A stretch of 64,000 nucleotides of DNA, taken from Camelus ferus. Its lineage: Eukaryota. Below the pieces are notes generated by a model. The model saw only the letters and a list, made by a program, of their open reading frames with translations, was not told the DNA's origin and did not search any database. Numbering within the stretch: position 1 is the stretch's first letter; every line of letters starts with the position of its first letter. The position numbers and the translations under genes were made by a program. This document shows, piece by piece, positions 50,171-63,185 of this stretch. The stretch covers positions 20,336,001 through 20,400,000 of the forward strand of contig NC_045732.1 of assembly GCF_009834535.1 (NCBI RefSeq), in the 5' to 3' direction.

Positions 50171-50659
50171 CAATGTGTATTATAGTTATTTAAATAATTC
50201 ATATATTATTATACATGCTGTACAACATAATTTTATAATTGTATTATAATTACAATAATGGTTATTCCAGTTCCAACTTTTTTCCCCATCCCCTTCTCCT
50301 TCCTCTCCCCAGCGAAGCCCTGGCTTGAGCTCATTTGCCTGTATTTGACCCAAGCATCCCCTCTTCAGGAGTGATTTTCTGTTCCTGTTCTTCAGACCTG
50401 CAGACTGACCACCACCTCCCAGGCTGTGGAATCTATCGGAGGGCCTGGCCCATGAGGACAGTCTTACAGAGCTGTCCGTCTCCAAACTAAACTCCTCTTT
50501 AATAACCTCTTTCCTACTGACTCATCCTGGGGTGGGGACACCAGAGGAAATATGGTGACTTGCCTCAAACCTTACATCACGGACATAGTACCTCTTCTCT
50601 TCATCCCTACGCCTGCTCTGATCTGTGGAGAGCCCTTGATGAACTATCCCTAGTGGACT

Positions 50660-51086
50660 AGTAAGGCAGATGTTGTCAGATGTCTGCATGTATCCCCTTA
50701 GAGCCCTTCACCATCTTCATGCACATCTGTCACTCCCCACCCCCTCCAGCTGGCACCTGTATCTCTGTTGGAGGGAAGTCCTCAGGCTGCCAGAACCCAC
50801 TCTGCTATGCAAGGAGGTCCAGAAGTGCCTGGCAATCTATAGGACAGTGAGTCTTGATTCACTGATTATTACAGGGCTGGTGGGACTATAACTACTCTGG
50901 CTCCCTTGGTCCCTGATGAGAATTTACACTATCCTCAGACCAGAACTGAGCCCAGGTTACCCTCTTGGGGACATTGGTTGATGTACCATCCCTCCCTGGA
51001 GTTCTTCCTTTTCCAGTTCCATCTCCTTACTGGTTTGTATGAACCTGCATCTCTGAGACTACTCTAGGGGAATCCAACCTAAAACA
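50660..51086 (+). mobile_element. ERVL LTR16-like LTR
   Basis: Ends gaacctgcatctctgagactactctaggggaatccaacctaaaACA. Confidence 0.55.
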
Positions 51087-52267
51087 AGTATTTCTTTAAA
51101 TAAAACAAGCCAAATCCTAAAATTCACTAAAGCTTCTGCTGCTTCATCTTCGGTTTTTGTTTTTTTTTAATCTCTCTCTTTTTCTTTTTCTCTCTCTGCT
51201 TGTTTTTTAAAGAGACCGGTGGGCAGAAATACTTTCCAATTAAACATTATAAAATATTTTGAGCCTAGCAGAACAGATCAGTGTTACCCTAAACTCTTGA
51301 AAATGTTATCTGTCCAACAGATATGTACGTAAAGGTCCTCAATCCAAACATGTGAACCAGGAGCTCAGTGTCAGGCCCTCCAAATATAAAAGGAAAGAGA
51401 GGGATGCTATTAGATTCAGCAAATATTTGTTGCGGGTATACAGCGTTTGAGGCATTTGTGCCAGATGGAGAGATGAAAGTAACAGGGTACCCCAAGTTGC
51501 TCTCAATTTCACACAGCTCCAAAGAAGGAGTCTGCTAATCACACTGCTGCTTTGCCAAACATACTTGGCGACAAGGACTTATTAAAGATAGAATTGGGCT
51601 CTTCAAAATCTTTTTTAAAAAATTACCAAAGGGCTACTTCATGGCCTAGTTTCTTTATTAAGTAATAACGCATGGAACGTCTTGTTTTCAGTCCCCAGCA
51701 GCTGCCAAAACCTGAACATATCAAATCCAACAGATCACAGCCATCCGGGAGATCTATTAATAGCAAGATAATTTTCAAGTCCACTGTACCGAGTAGTGTT
51801 TTGTTTTTTGGTTAGGCATATAATGCATTCCATATCACGTTTGGTGAGTTGTGTTTTGAGGTTGCATTTTTAAAAATAAATCAGGCTTGTTTTAAATTAG
51901 GGCAAAAATCAACCCATCATTGTTTGGTATTTTGGCTTGGGATATTGTGGTACCACAGCTAATATCTAGGTTTATGGAACCTAAATTAAAACACACTTGT
52001 CTCTTCCATGTCCTTGTACTGTGTTTATCTGGAATCACAGAAGTGAAAGAAAGAAAATAGCTCTCTGGCAAGGGAGTAAGTTGTAATAATCCCATGAAGC
52101 ATATCATCTAACATGGATTCTGGTCCATTTGGGGGCATCTCAAGTGAAGGAGAAGAACTGCACAGGGAGGAAAACAACAGTCTCCCCTGTTCAAACCATG
52201 TATCAAGGCCTCTGTGTGAATATGTCTTGTTTAAAAGTCCTTCCCTACCACAGGGTCATAAAGCTAT

Positions 52268-52642
52268 TATGATGGTTAACTTTTCAACTTGGCTAGGCTA
52301 CGGTGCCTGGTTGTTTGGTCAAACACCAGTCTAGATGTTGCTGTGAAGGTGTTTTACAAATGTGGCTTAACATTTACATCAGCAGACTTTGATAAAGCAG
52401 ATTACCATCCATATGGACCTGATCCAATCAGTTGAAGGCCTAAAGAGAACAGACTGAGATTCCTCAAGGAATAAAGAATTTGGTCTCTAGACTGCCTTCA
52501 GACTCAAGGCTGCAACATCAACTCTTGCCAGAATTTCCAGCCTCCTGGCCTGCCCTGGGGATTTTAGATTTTCCAGTCCTATGCCCACAATTGTGCCAGT
52601 CCATTGCTTAAAATTAATCATTTCTTTCTCTCATTTATATAT

Positions 52643-52679
<37 letters not shown>

Positions 52680-52761
52680 TCCCAATAGGATATGTACACC
52701 AATATGTATACACACACACATTCTACTGGTTCTGTTTGTCCAGAGAACTCCGACTAATACA
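52268..52761 (+). mobile_element. ERVL MLT2-family solo LTR
   Basis: tgatggttaacttttcaacttggctaggctacggtgcc...ccaatcagttgaaggcc...ttctactggttctgtttgtccagagaactccgactaataca, with internal (CA)n. Confidence 0.9.
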
Positions 52762-53140
52762 GAGATATCTTCTAAAAGTTAAGTTTGGGATTTCACAACT
52801 AACTTTTTAACTCATCTGGAATTGATTTTGTGGATATATTCTTAATTTATTATTTCTTCAGGCAATTTCAAGTCTTTTGTGAAGTAAAAAGAGATAAATG
52901 TGTTTACCAGTCCTCTAGACTGCAATTCTGTGTATCCTGTCAAAAGCATAAACATCTAGTTCTCATTGTACAAATTCTGATGCAATAGGTCTGAGATGTG
53001 GCCTAACATGTATAGTTTATTAATACAGGCAATTCTGAAGTTCTATATAGAAGAATATGTAAATGAATATTTTATATTCTTTGGATAGGAAACATCTGAG
53101 AAAGGTATTAGAGACAAAATCCATTAAGAAAAAAGCTTGA

Positions 53141-54225
53141 CAATCTACGGGATGGGAGAAAATGTTTGCAAAAGATGAGACTGGCAAGGGCTTCATTTCC
53201 AGAATATATAAACAGCTGATACAACTTAATAACAAAAAAAAAAAAAAAAACCAAATAACCCAATCTAAAAATGGGCAGAAGNNNNNNNNNNNNNNNNNNN
53301 NNNNNNNNNNNNNNNNNNNNNNNNNNNNNNNNNNNNNNNNNNNNNNNNNNNNNNNNNNNNNNNNNNNNNNNNNNNNNNNNNNNNNNNNNNNNNNNNNNNN
53401 NNNNNNNNNNNNNNNNNNNNNNNNNAAAAGTCCATNNNNNNNNNNNNNNNNNNNNNNNNNNNNNNNNNNNNNNNNNNNNNNNNNNNNNNNNNNNNNNNNN
53501 NNNNNNNNNNNNNNNNNNNNNNNNNNNNNNNNNNNNNNNNNNNNNNNNNNNNNNNNNNNNNNNNNNNNNNNNNNNNNNNNNNNNNNNNNNNNNNNNNNNN
53601 NNNGGGAACCTTAATTCAAAAAGACACATGCACCCCAATGTTCATAGCAGCACTATTTACAATAGCCAAGACATGGAAGTAACCTAAATGTTCATCGACA
53701 GATGACTGGATAAAGAAGTTGTGGTAAATTTATACAATGGAATACTACTCAGCCATAAAAAGAATAAAATTATGCCATTTGTAGCAATATGGATGGACCT
53801 GGGGATTGTCATTCTACGTGAAGTAAGCCAGAAAGAGAAAGAAAATTACTGTATGATATCACTTATACATGGAATCTAAAAAAAGAAAAGAAACAGACTC
53901 ACAGACACAGAAAACAAATTTATGGTTACTAGGAGTGAAGGGGGTGGGAAGGAATAAATTGGGAGTTCAAGATTTGCAGATACTAATATATTTAAAATAG
54001 ATAAACAACAAGTTTATACTGTATAGCACAGGGAACTACAGTCAATATCTTGTAGTAACTTATGGTTAAAAAGAATATGAAAATGAATATACGTATGTTC
54101 CTATATGACTGAAGTATTGTGCTGTACACCAGAAATTGACACAACACTGTAAACTGACTGTACTTCAATAAAGATATTTTTTAAATAAAATAAAATAAAA
54201 TAAAATAAAATAAAATAAAATAAAA
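53141..54225 (+). mobile_element. Young L1 3' region ending in a (TAAAA)n tail
   Basis: ORF2-type MFAKDETGKGFISRIYKQLIQLN. 3' UTR as at 12728. (TAAAA)~8 at 54184-54225. Confidence 0.95.
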
Positions 54226-55135
54226 ATGGGCAGAAGATCTGAATAGACATTTTTCTAAAGAGGAAATACAGGTGGCCATAAGGCACATTAAAAGATGTTC
54301 AATATCATTAATCATCAGAGAAATGCAAATTAAAACCACAATGAGGTATCACCTCACACTTGTCAGAATGGCTATCATCAAAATAACCACAAATCACAAA
54401 TGTTGGTGAGGAGGTAGAAGAAAGGGAACCCATGTATACTGTTGTTGGGAATGTAAATTGGTGCATCCACTATGGAAAACTATGAAGTTTTCTTAAAAAA
54501 AAAACAAAACTAAAAACAGAACTACTGTATGATCCAGCAAATCCATTCCTGCGTATTTATCCAAAAAAAAGAAAAACACTAATTTGAAAAGATACATACA
54601 TTCCAATGTTCATAGCAGCATTATTTATAATTACCAAGATACGGAAGCAACTTAAATATCCTTCAACAGATGAATGGATAAAGATGAAGTATATTACACA
54701 CACACACACACACACACAAGAATACTACTCAGCCATAAAAAAGAATGTAATTTTGCCACCTGCAATGACATGGATGGACTTGGAAGGCATTACACTAAGT
54801 GAAATAAGTCAGACAGGGAAAGACAAATACTGTATAATATCACTTATATGTGGATTACTAGTGAATGTAGCAAAAAAGAAACAGACTCAGAGATACAGAG
54901 AACTAGTGGTGACCAGTGGGGAGAGGGACGTGGGGAGGAGCAATATAAGGGTAGGGAATTAAAAGTACAAAGTATTACGTATAAAACAAATAAGCTCCAA
55001 GAACGTAACACAGGGAATATAACCAGTATTGTGTAGTAACTATGAAGGGAATATAACCTTTAAAAATTGTAAATCACTATGTTTTACACTTGTAACTTAC
55101 GTAACACTGTACCTCAACTATACTTCAATTTAAAG
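54221..55135 (+). mobile_element. Second, older L1 3' region directly after the first
   Basis: aaaatgggcagaagatctgaatagaca...; translation MFIAALFIITKIRKQLKYPSTDEWIK; ends ctatacttcaatttaaa. Confidence 0.9.
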
Positions 55136-55384
55136 ATGAAAGAAAAAATAGAAGAAAATCATCAGGCTGTTTCAATGATCTTAATGTATGTAAATCAATA
55201 TCTAAGTGACAAACTTATTTCAAAATATACCTAGCATGCAACAGGTGGGTGTTAAATGACTCTTTAAATAAAATAATAAATTGGCTGCCACTAGGAACAT
55301 AAAAAAACTTTTAATTACTTTTTGAAATTTTTAAATAAAAGAAAAATGAAACCCAATACCTGATTTAGGCTGTTTAACAGAGTA

Positions 55385-55625
55385 ATAGTATTAATAGCTA
55401 ACATTTGAAAAGCACTTACTATGTGCCAGGCACTATGTGTTTTACATATATTATCTTAATCTCCACATTCAATTGCAAAGATTATTATTATAATTTCCTT
55501 TTTCCAGTTGAGGAAACTGACATTCAGAGAGGTTTAATAAGTTGTCCAAGTTCACACAGCTAGTAAAATAGCAGATCTGTGGTTGATCTCAAAAAGTCTA
55601 TTTCCTGAGTCTGTAACCTTAACTG
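55385..55625 (-). mobile_element. MIR SINE
   Basis: taatagctaacattt...cacttactatgtgccaggcact...ttgaggaaactgacattcagagaggtt...aagttcacacagctagtaa. Confidence 0.8.
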
Positions 55626-56139
55626 GCATAAGACAGAGAAAAAATCGTATGTAAATATGAAAGGTCATTTCTTAACAATTTGGTATCTCAAAGTTACAGC
55701 TGTGAGACAGCCAGGATGCTCCCTTGTCTCTTGCATTTCCTGACTTCATACAATTTCATCAAGCAATAAAATGTTAGGTGGATGTGATGGTGGAGATGTG
55801 CCAGCACTCAGACTGTTCTGTTGTGCTGCTTGCCATCAACTCTCCTAGATTTGTTGAGGGAGGTGGAGGGTGTTAAACCTCTAACTAAAAGCAGGTTTGT
55901 CAATTGACAAGGTTCTTATAATTTATGCTTTCCCTTGCCATCAAGACCGCCAACTAGAGAAAGCTATTTATAAGGCTGTTTATCCCAAGGTTGTTTATCC
56001 CATTCTATTGTGCAAGGAGCATTTTTTATATCACATTTCCAGCACATCTGTACACACTACAAACAGTGCCTGCTCAACAAAAATACAGATGAGGAGGAGG
56101 AGGCTCAGATATACCCAGCAAATTCTCAAAAGGGGGTGG

Positions 56140-56345
56140 TGTGGCTGAGTAGTTAAAAGCAGAACATTAGAATCAGATCAGACCTTGGTTCAAATCCTGG
56201 TGCCACCACTTATAAGTCTTTGGGCAAGTTAGTTAATCTCTTGGTGTCAAAAATAAGTAAGGGGGTGTTATGAAGATTAAATGATATGATTCGGGTCAAG
56301 AACTTGGCAAGAGCTGCTACTCTGTCATCATCATCATTATCATCT
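56140..56345 (+). mobile_element. MIR SINE
   Basis: gaatcagatcagaccttggttcaaatcctggtgccaccactta...gggcaagttagttaatctc...gttatgaagattaaatga. Confidence 0.75.
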
Positions 56346-57229
56346 CAACTTACCAGTAAAAATTTAGTAACTATGACTTCATCAAATTCTAAATTATCTA
56401 TAGACTTCAATGTCATCCAAAGAAAAGAAATAGATCTTTACCATGGAAGACAGAACTGAGAGTCTAAGATTCTTGGTGACAAACCTTTCCTGGGGTCTTG
56501 ATAGTGTAAAATCAGTACAAGATGGTGACCTGAGGTGGTCAAATGGAATCAAGACTGGTAATCCCATCTGCAGTCACCTGACGATCCTTGTCATTTCCTC
56601 AGAGAAATTACCTCCAATACTGTTCTGACTTAGAGATGTGACCCTTTTTCAACTCAGAATGGCCACAACTATAGACTGTCAATGCTTGAAGACAACAGAA
56701 AGCATGTCTTGGCCTATTCTGCCATTTCACTATTGCCCCACTCCCCGACCCCACAGCCATAATCTCCAACATGACAGGCTTCTTTGAAGTCTGCAACAAT
56801 TAAACAGAGCCATGCTCAAAAAAAAAAAAAAAAAAAAAAAAAGGAACAGATTTTGTTAAATGAAAACAAATGAAACTAAAGGAAAGGTCATAGTTTTTGT
56901 ATTTCTGTAACAAATACAATCTAATGATATTCCATATCTGCAAGAATCCCTCTCTCTCTTCTAGGTTATAAGAAAATTTCTCCTTCATCAATCATCTTGC
57001 ATACTTTCCTTAGGGGAAACTGTTTACATTTCATCATATCTTTGAAAATGTAATAGATCTCCATCTTAATCAACCTTTCTAATTTGGATCATTCCTTTAA
57101 AAGGCTAATGAATACATTTATTTTTAAGAATACAACTCGGCAGCGAATTCGACTGGTATCAGAGGTACCATAAGTCAGTGCAGTTTTAGGGATAGTTTTG
57201 AGAATGAACAGCTGTGATGCCCACAGTAA

Positions 57230-57690
57230 CTCTGGCAGATTGATGCAGCAGTGGCTCCCAATTTGTTCAAGTCTCCCTGTATCCATACTCTTGGGTAGTC
57301 TCTTTCTACTCTAACTCTAGACTTGGCCATGTGATTTTTTTGATCAACAGGATAATAGTAAATGTGAAGCAAGCAAAGATTTGAAAAGCACTTGCACACT
57401 GGGGCTATCCTTCTCTTGCTATTCTTAGGACTCTTGCTATAGCTGCCACATGAACAAACCTATCTAGGGCTGCCTGATGAATGATGAGAGAAATCCAGCT
57501 AACAGCCAGCCAATATCCTAGCTGACCCAGCGACTGTCTGCAGACCCATGTGAGTGATGCCTAGTTTAGACCAGCAGAAGGCTCACCCATCTGAGTCCAG
57601 TCCAAATTTCCAGAGCACAAAATTGTGGTGGCTGTTTTAAGCCATTAGGCTGCTCAGTGGTTTGTTATACAGTGAAAGCTAACTGACCCA
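57230..57690 (+). mobile_element. MaLR MLT1-family solo LTR
   Basis: ctagacttggccatgtga...tttgaaaagcacttgc...gttttaagccatt...gtggtttgttatacagtgaaagctaactgacccA. Confidence 0.75.
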
Positions 57691-58339
57691 GGGTCTCAGT
57701 GAGAGCAGAGTTGCAGAACCAGCATTGGGGCAGAAGTTGAATCCTATCAGAACAATTTTGCTTATCAACAGCTGTGAGTGACACTGATGTAAAATAACGG
57801 AGGTGAGCACCCCGGTGGTCCACCCCATCCACACACAGTTATCAACAGGTAACTATGAAAACTGGAACAAACGTAGCTACAGAGGATGGGGTGGGCTGAC
57901 CCCTCACAATTCAGTGTTTAGTATCAATTGAGTAGCACTTGAAATTATGAAGATTTTAGGAATAGTAGGAGCCTCCAGTTAAGCGCCACCTAAAACTTCA
58001 CTTGTCTGCTACTCTGCATCTCATGCTTTGCATAGTAAAGCTCCTGTAGCCCTTGGTTGGATCACATCAACTGGCTCGTGAAACTGGGACTTGCTCTAGG
58101 ATTTTTTTTTCCAATCTACTTTTCCTAAGTATATGCTCCGTAGAATATCCCTTCAGAAAAGGGTTCTGTGGTCACATAAATTACTGCAGACCCTTGATCC
58201 CTCTTAGAATGTACCCTGGCATTTTAAAGACCAGTTTGTCTTCATTTATTCCAGTGCTGAAATATATTGGACCATAGAATCCTTTTTGTGAGAAACATAT
58301 ATTAAAAACTCATTAACCAATGCTTCTCAGAGCACACTT

Positions 58340-58480
58340 TGAGAAAGTTGTTTTTTAACTTTCTTATGATGAAATACAGCGCACATATGGAAAAGTACAT
58401 GAAGCACAAACACGCAGCATAATGAATTACTGTAGACCAAACAGTCTCGTAACTACCATGCTGGTCAAGAAGTAGATCAC
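58340..58480 (-). mobile_element. Ancient L1ME-like 3' fragment
   Basis: tatgatgaaatacagcgcacatatggaaaagtacat...cagcataatgaatta...gtaactacca...gtcaagaagtaga. Confidence 0.55.
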
Positions 58481-59629
58481 TGAGTGTGTCAAACAAACCT
58501 GTCTGGTCATGTTGGAGTCACCCTGACCCCAAAGGCCACGCAGTATTCTGGTCATCTTTCGGGTGGTCAGGACAGGCACAACACAGGCAGTAACGGAGTG
58601 AGCTTTCCTTACACCCTGCCCCCCATCCACATGCCTCAGCCCTGACCTGGAGGGACTCCTTCAAGAGGCCAATAGCATATAAGGACAGCCTGCTGTTCCA
58701 GAGCCACGTGTGACCAAGCTGCCCCTATTGACAATGCAACAGTCTTGTTTTCTTACACTGCATGGCAACCCTGGATTCAATGACATTGAATCCACTCTCC
58801 AGAGATGAAAGGCTATTGGGCAGGTTTGGATGCATCTGCCAAGACTACTAACGAATCCACCATTTCAAGCATTTTAATTGGCTGCATAATGGAGCATCAG
58901 GGTGCTAATATCAGTAAGATCCCCCAGATGTCTGGGGCATAGTTCAACATTGCAAACCCAATGGAAGGATTTAAGTTAGGCAGGTGACCATCACTGGACC
59001 TGCTGCCAGCAATAGGCTACTTCACTATCTCACTGTCAGGCTTTCCTCAGAGATGGGTGGTACGGGGCGCCGCTAAAACAATGCAGATTCGTCCATAATT
59101 CTTTTTGGCCGTTCACCACTCTTGATCCATCTGTGTAGTTTCCGAACAGTCAGCAATTCTAGGTTTTAAACAATCCCTAAGTTTCAGTTTCTCTACACTT
59201 TATCATCCACTTGTGATTTTTAAATTATTCTAATTCCTTTCTCCATTCAGCTGTTAGAGCAGAGTTCCATATTTAGTTTTATAAGCTTCCCTCTGTTTTG
59301 TTTTATTTTGGGGTTTTTTGCTCACGAATTTTTTTGTTGTTGTTGGTCACAGAACTCTAAGAGTAGAATATGAATACAATTCAGGTTAGTCTATAATGTC
59401 AGAAGTTTTTCAAAAGCTAATTAAAAGACGGACTGGAAAAAATTTTAGCCAGCTAAGGTTTTCCTCAGTTATCTTTACTACTGTTCTGCAATCACAGGAA
59501 ACTTGGAATCTCGATACATTCCTGCTCTGGGTATCTTTGCTTTATTATCCCAAACAAAAGCTACAGACAGAACATTATATTCTGTTGGTAGTGACTGTGG
59601 ACCAGCCTATTGGAAATCAAAGAACCGCC

Positions 59630-59885
59630 ATTTATTGGTTTGCTCCTATATGCTAAGCACTGTACTGAGCTGCGGATGTACATTCTGTAGTTAATTCTCT
59701 CCACGATTCTAGAAGGAGGTATTATCATCCCTCTTTTATAAGTGAGGAAACTATGAATCACTGAATAAAATAACTTGATCAAGGTCAGACAAATCAAACA
59801 GCCAGTAAATGGCAATGGCAGGATTTGAACTCAAGACTGAATCTAACCCCAAAGTTCATGGCTTTCCCACTGCAACACGTTGCCC
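59630..59885 (-). mobile_element. Near full-length MIR SINE
   Basis: atgctaagcactgtact...aggtattatcatccctcttttataagtgaggaaact...ggcaggatttgaactcaag. Confidence 0.8.
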
Positions 59886-59991
59886 TCTGGTAAGAGCAGG
59901 GACTTGGCAGAATTGTTCTGTGAAAGGGAACTACCCAGTGTTACCTTTGCTACAGGATAATTGGTGAGGAAAAATCTTTCTGTTCACTTTC

Positions 59992-60473
59992 TGTCTTGGG
60001 GTGGATTACCCTAGAAGCAAAAGCTAAGAGAAGGATTTGAGTGCAAGTCACTTCTTTGAGTGGTGAATCTAGGAAACCCCAGTAGGGGAAGTGAGACAGG
60101 AAGGAAAGGCAGCCAATAAGGGGAAAGCTAGCAAACACCGAGGGTCACTGGAGCGCACTGCTGGGGAACTCCCAGAGCCCAGTGCTGCCCCATGCCCCAG
60201 AGTGACCCCACCTCATCGCTGCTCCAGTGGAGGGGTGAGGCAGCTGGGTTCTGATCCACGAACTCACACCCATCATTAGAAGAGGGCCACACGGAGGGAT
60301 TAGTTCTCCAGCACTTTGGGTCTGCCCTGAGGGCGGGCCCCAGTGCTCCCAGAGCTCAAAATGGTCCTGCTGCTGGAGCGCTGCAGGTGTTTGTAGTAAA
60401 GAGCCTTTGGTGTAGAAGTGGATACCGAGGGGGTGTGGCAGAAAACCAATACTGTCTGTTCCACCCTCTACTA
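59992..60473 (-). mobile_element. ERVL-class (LTR16-like) LTR
   Basis: TGTCTTggg...ctagaagcaaaagctaagagaaggatttgagtgcaagt...ccagtaggggaagtgagacagg, the reverse of an LTR16-type 3' end. Confidence 0.6.
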
Positions 60474-61710
60474 ATAAAAGCCAATGAAAAACAGAAATAA
60501 ACATGAGCTCTGGTAAAGGAGAGAAGGCTATAGAAAAGTTTTAAATTCCTCCAAAGGGCTGTGCAGTGTAATAGTCCTGAGATGTCCACACTGGCACCTT
60601 CAAATCTAATTTGCCACACCGAGGAAGCAACACCCACCACACTACAGTTTCATAATTTAGCTATTATTTGAGAGCGATCCTACTAACAGTCCATTCATTT
60701 TCTCTGCAGCAGTTCAGTCACTGAAATTCACCCACTGTGTCTTGTGACTATTAGTGATACTCTGGGAAGTATTCTTTATGAGCGTGTACAAAAAAAGATT
60801 TGACAAAGGTTTCACAGGCAACCTGATACTAAGGACATGATTTCCAAATTTGACTGGGGAATGGGCTGGGCTGGGTTTAGTCTCAGACACTCTTGTAGCT
60901 GGAGTTTTTCCAGCTCACTTTCCCATTCACAAAATGGGGGAGGGGTGGAGAGTAGAGACAGTATTTAGAGATTTAAAATACTGACTAAATATAGGGGCTT
61001 TTTAATACTAATTAACCCACTTAATCCCTTTCAGAGACTAGCACTTTCAACAGCTTTAAAATAGAAGAAAAATGTAATAAATGGGGAGGGGGTTGACTAT
61101 TTAAGAAAGCGACAACTGACATTAACTTGCACTGATGAGAGAGGGCTGGGAGGCTGGGGAAGTTCAGAGAGAGCAAACATTCCAAAGAAAAACAGGACAA
61201 AATAGGAAGAATTTTCAGTTTCTGGCTCAATTTCTTGTTCAGTGATGTACAACCCACATCTTGCCTTGCACAAAGTTGCTGCAATTTAATTCATGTGCTC
61301 TTGTAATAATAGTTTTACACCGAGGAGTAAAAGTAAAATTAGGCTAAGTAGCTGTCAAAGCAGCCACTCTTTTCTTAACACCCACCCCACACACATGCAC
61401 GCATGCCTCTAAACACATACCTTTCTGAAGACAATATTTTTCCTTCTCAGAGATGAAATCATTTGTAAGGTGGTCCACTGCTTGGTATGGACTCTAGCCT
61501 CAGGACTTTTTGGTAACTACGGTCAGCGACATTGCTTGCCGATCCCAGCACTAACGATGGAATCAGGCTGACCTGGGTCAGCATTCAGGTTCTGTCACTT
61601 ACTCATCTTAATTCTTTTACTTATAAGATGGAGCCAATACTGGTGTCAGTATTTTCTTATCAGCCATAGGAAAAATTGTGCCTTAATGGAAAACTATGCA
61701 CTCTCCAGAG

Positions 61711-61921
61711 CAGGGAGGTCAAATAACCTTTTCTGTAAAGGGCTAGAGGGTAAATATTTAAGTTTTTGTGGGCTACATGGCCACTGCTACAAATATTCAA
61801 TTCTGCCACTGTAGCATGAAAGCAGCCATAGAAAATGCACAAATGAATGTGCACGGTCGTGTTCCAGTAAAACTTTATTTACAGAAACAGGCAGTGGGCT
61901 GCATTTGGCCCATGGGCAGTA
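61711..61921. mobile_element. MER58A-like hAT-Charlie element
   Basis: caggg...ttttctgtaaagggctagagggtaaatattt...ctgccactgtagcatgaaagcagccataga...gtgttccagtaaaactttatttaca. Confidence 0.85.
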
Positions 61922-61959
61922 ATCTAGAGCACAATTATTACTGTTATTTTTCCACAATG

Positions 61960-62204
61960 CTCAAAACCCACAGAATGGACATCACCAAGAATGAAACCTC
62001 ATGTAAACTATGGACTCTGAGTGATAATGATATATCAGTGTAGGTTCATTAATGATAACAAATGTACCATTCTGGTGGGGGGTATCGTTAGTGGGGGAAA
62101 CTGTGTGCCTTGGGCCAACAGGGCAGGGATTACATAAGAAACCTCTGTACTTTCTACACAATATTGCTGTAAGCCTAAAACTACTTTAAACAATAAAGTC
62201 TATT
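61960..62204 (+). mobile_element. L1MB-like 3' end
   Basis: atgtaaactatggactctgagtgataatga...gtaggttcatt...acaaatgtacca...ctctgtactttct...taaaactactttaaacaataaagtctatt. Confidence 0.8.
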
Positions 62205-62248
62205 GTACATCAACTATATGTCAATTAAAAACATACATAATAAAAAAC
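62205..62248 (+). mobile_element. 44-bp L1 tail insertion with 10-bp TSD
   Basis: gtacatcaactatatgtcaattaaaaa...aaaaaac. AAAGTCTATT at 62195-62204 and 62249-62258. Confidence 0.6.
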
Positions 62249-62859
62249 AAAGTCTATTAAATTGGAAAATATTTTATAGTGCTTTACATTTTCTAAAACA
62301 TTTGCAAAGTTGTTGTGAGGAGGTAGTGCAAATACAGTACCTTCACATTCTAGACAAGGAAAGTTAAGCTTCAAGTACTTCAAGTTCAACTAACAAGTGG
62401 GAGAGCCTTCTGATTCTAAGTTCATCATGCATAGAACAGAGGTCAGCTTTGTGGGATGAAATCCTCTGGAAGATGAGAAAGAAAGCAAAAAGAAATTTTC
62501 CTATTTTGCACATTTCATTCCTGACAGAAACAGGAATAAATCCTACTTGCTCTGGTCAAGAAAGTGCGTCCAAATATGAAGGTGAGGGTGTGTGTATGTA
62601 GGGGGTCAGCCTCATGTGATCACTCTCATTAACTCCTAGAACACTTTATGTTGAGTTGGTTGTATCTTGAGAGATCTCCTTATATTTCAACCTTCCTCAC
62701 ACCTGCCTCTGCTGGTTTCCCAAGGGTAGAGTGGTCCACAAAGATGCCTCCTGCAGATTGTATCCAAAGCTCTAGGGTGGAACACAGGGCTATCAGTGTG
62801 CCAACTTCAGAACCTCTCCAGCAATCTTCAGAACCTCTGCCTGAAAGATCTCCTCTCTC

Positions 62860-63185
62860 CCCTCTACCCCTGTCTGACTCATCTTTCTCATCTGGGCCTC
62901 AATTTAAAGGTTATTTCTCCCAGAGATGCCTTTTCTGACCCTCAATATAAGGTTTGTCCCATTATTCTGGCCCTTATGCCTCTTTTTTTTCTTCAGAGAG
63001 CTTATCACCACATACGATTACTTAGATATTTGCCAATTTGTTTACTGCTTAGAGTTCCTCTCCATAGACCATAAAGTTCATGAGAGCGAAAACATTGACC
63101 ACCAAGAACCCAGTGTTCAGCACAGGCTCTGACACAGAGCTGATAATCAACAAATTTGTGTTTAATAAGTGAAAGTATGAATAAA
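62860..63185 (+). mobile_element. L2 3' region
   Basis: tctgggcctcaatttaaaggttatttctcccagagatgccttttctgacc...ttcagcacagg...tcaacaaatttgtg...tgaataaat. Confidence 0.7.

Noticed and set aside
57980-57995. Partial CTCF-like sequence (AGGTGGCGCT on minus strand)
   Set aside because: The 5' half of the motif (CCASY) is replaced by TTTT, and there is no supporting CpG cluster.
58500-59150. Possible further retroelement relic
   Set aside because: I could not match any diagnostic motif or terminus by eye; needs a Dfam search.
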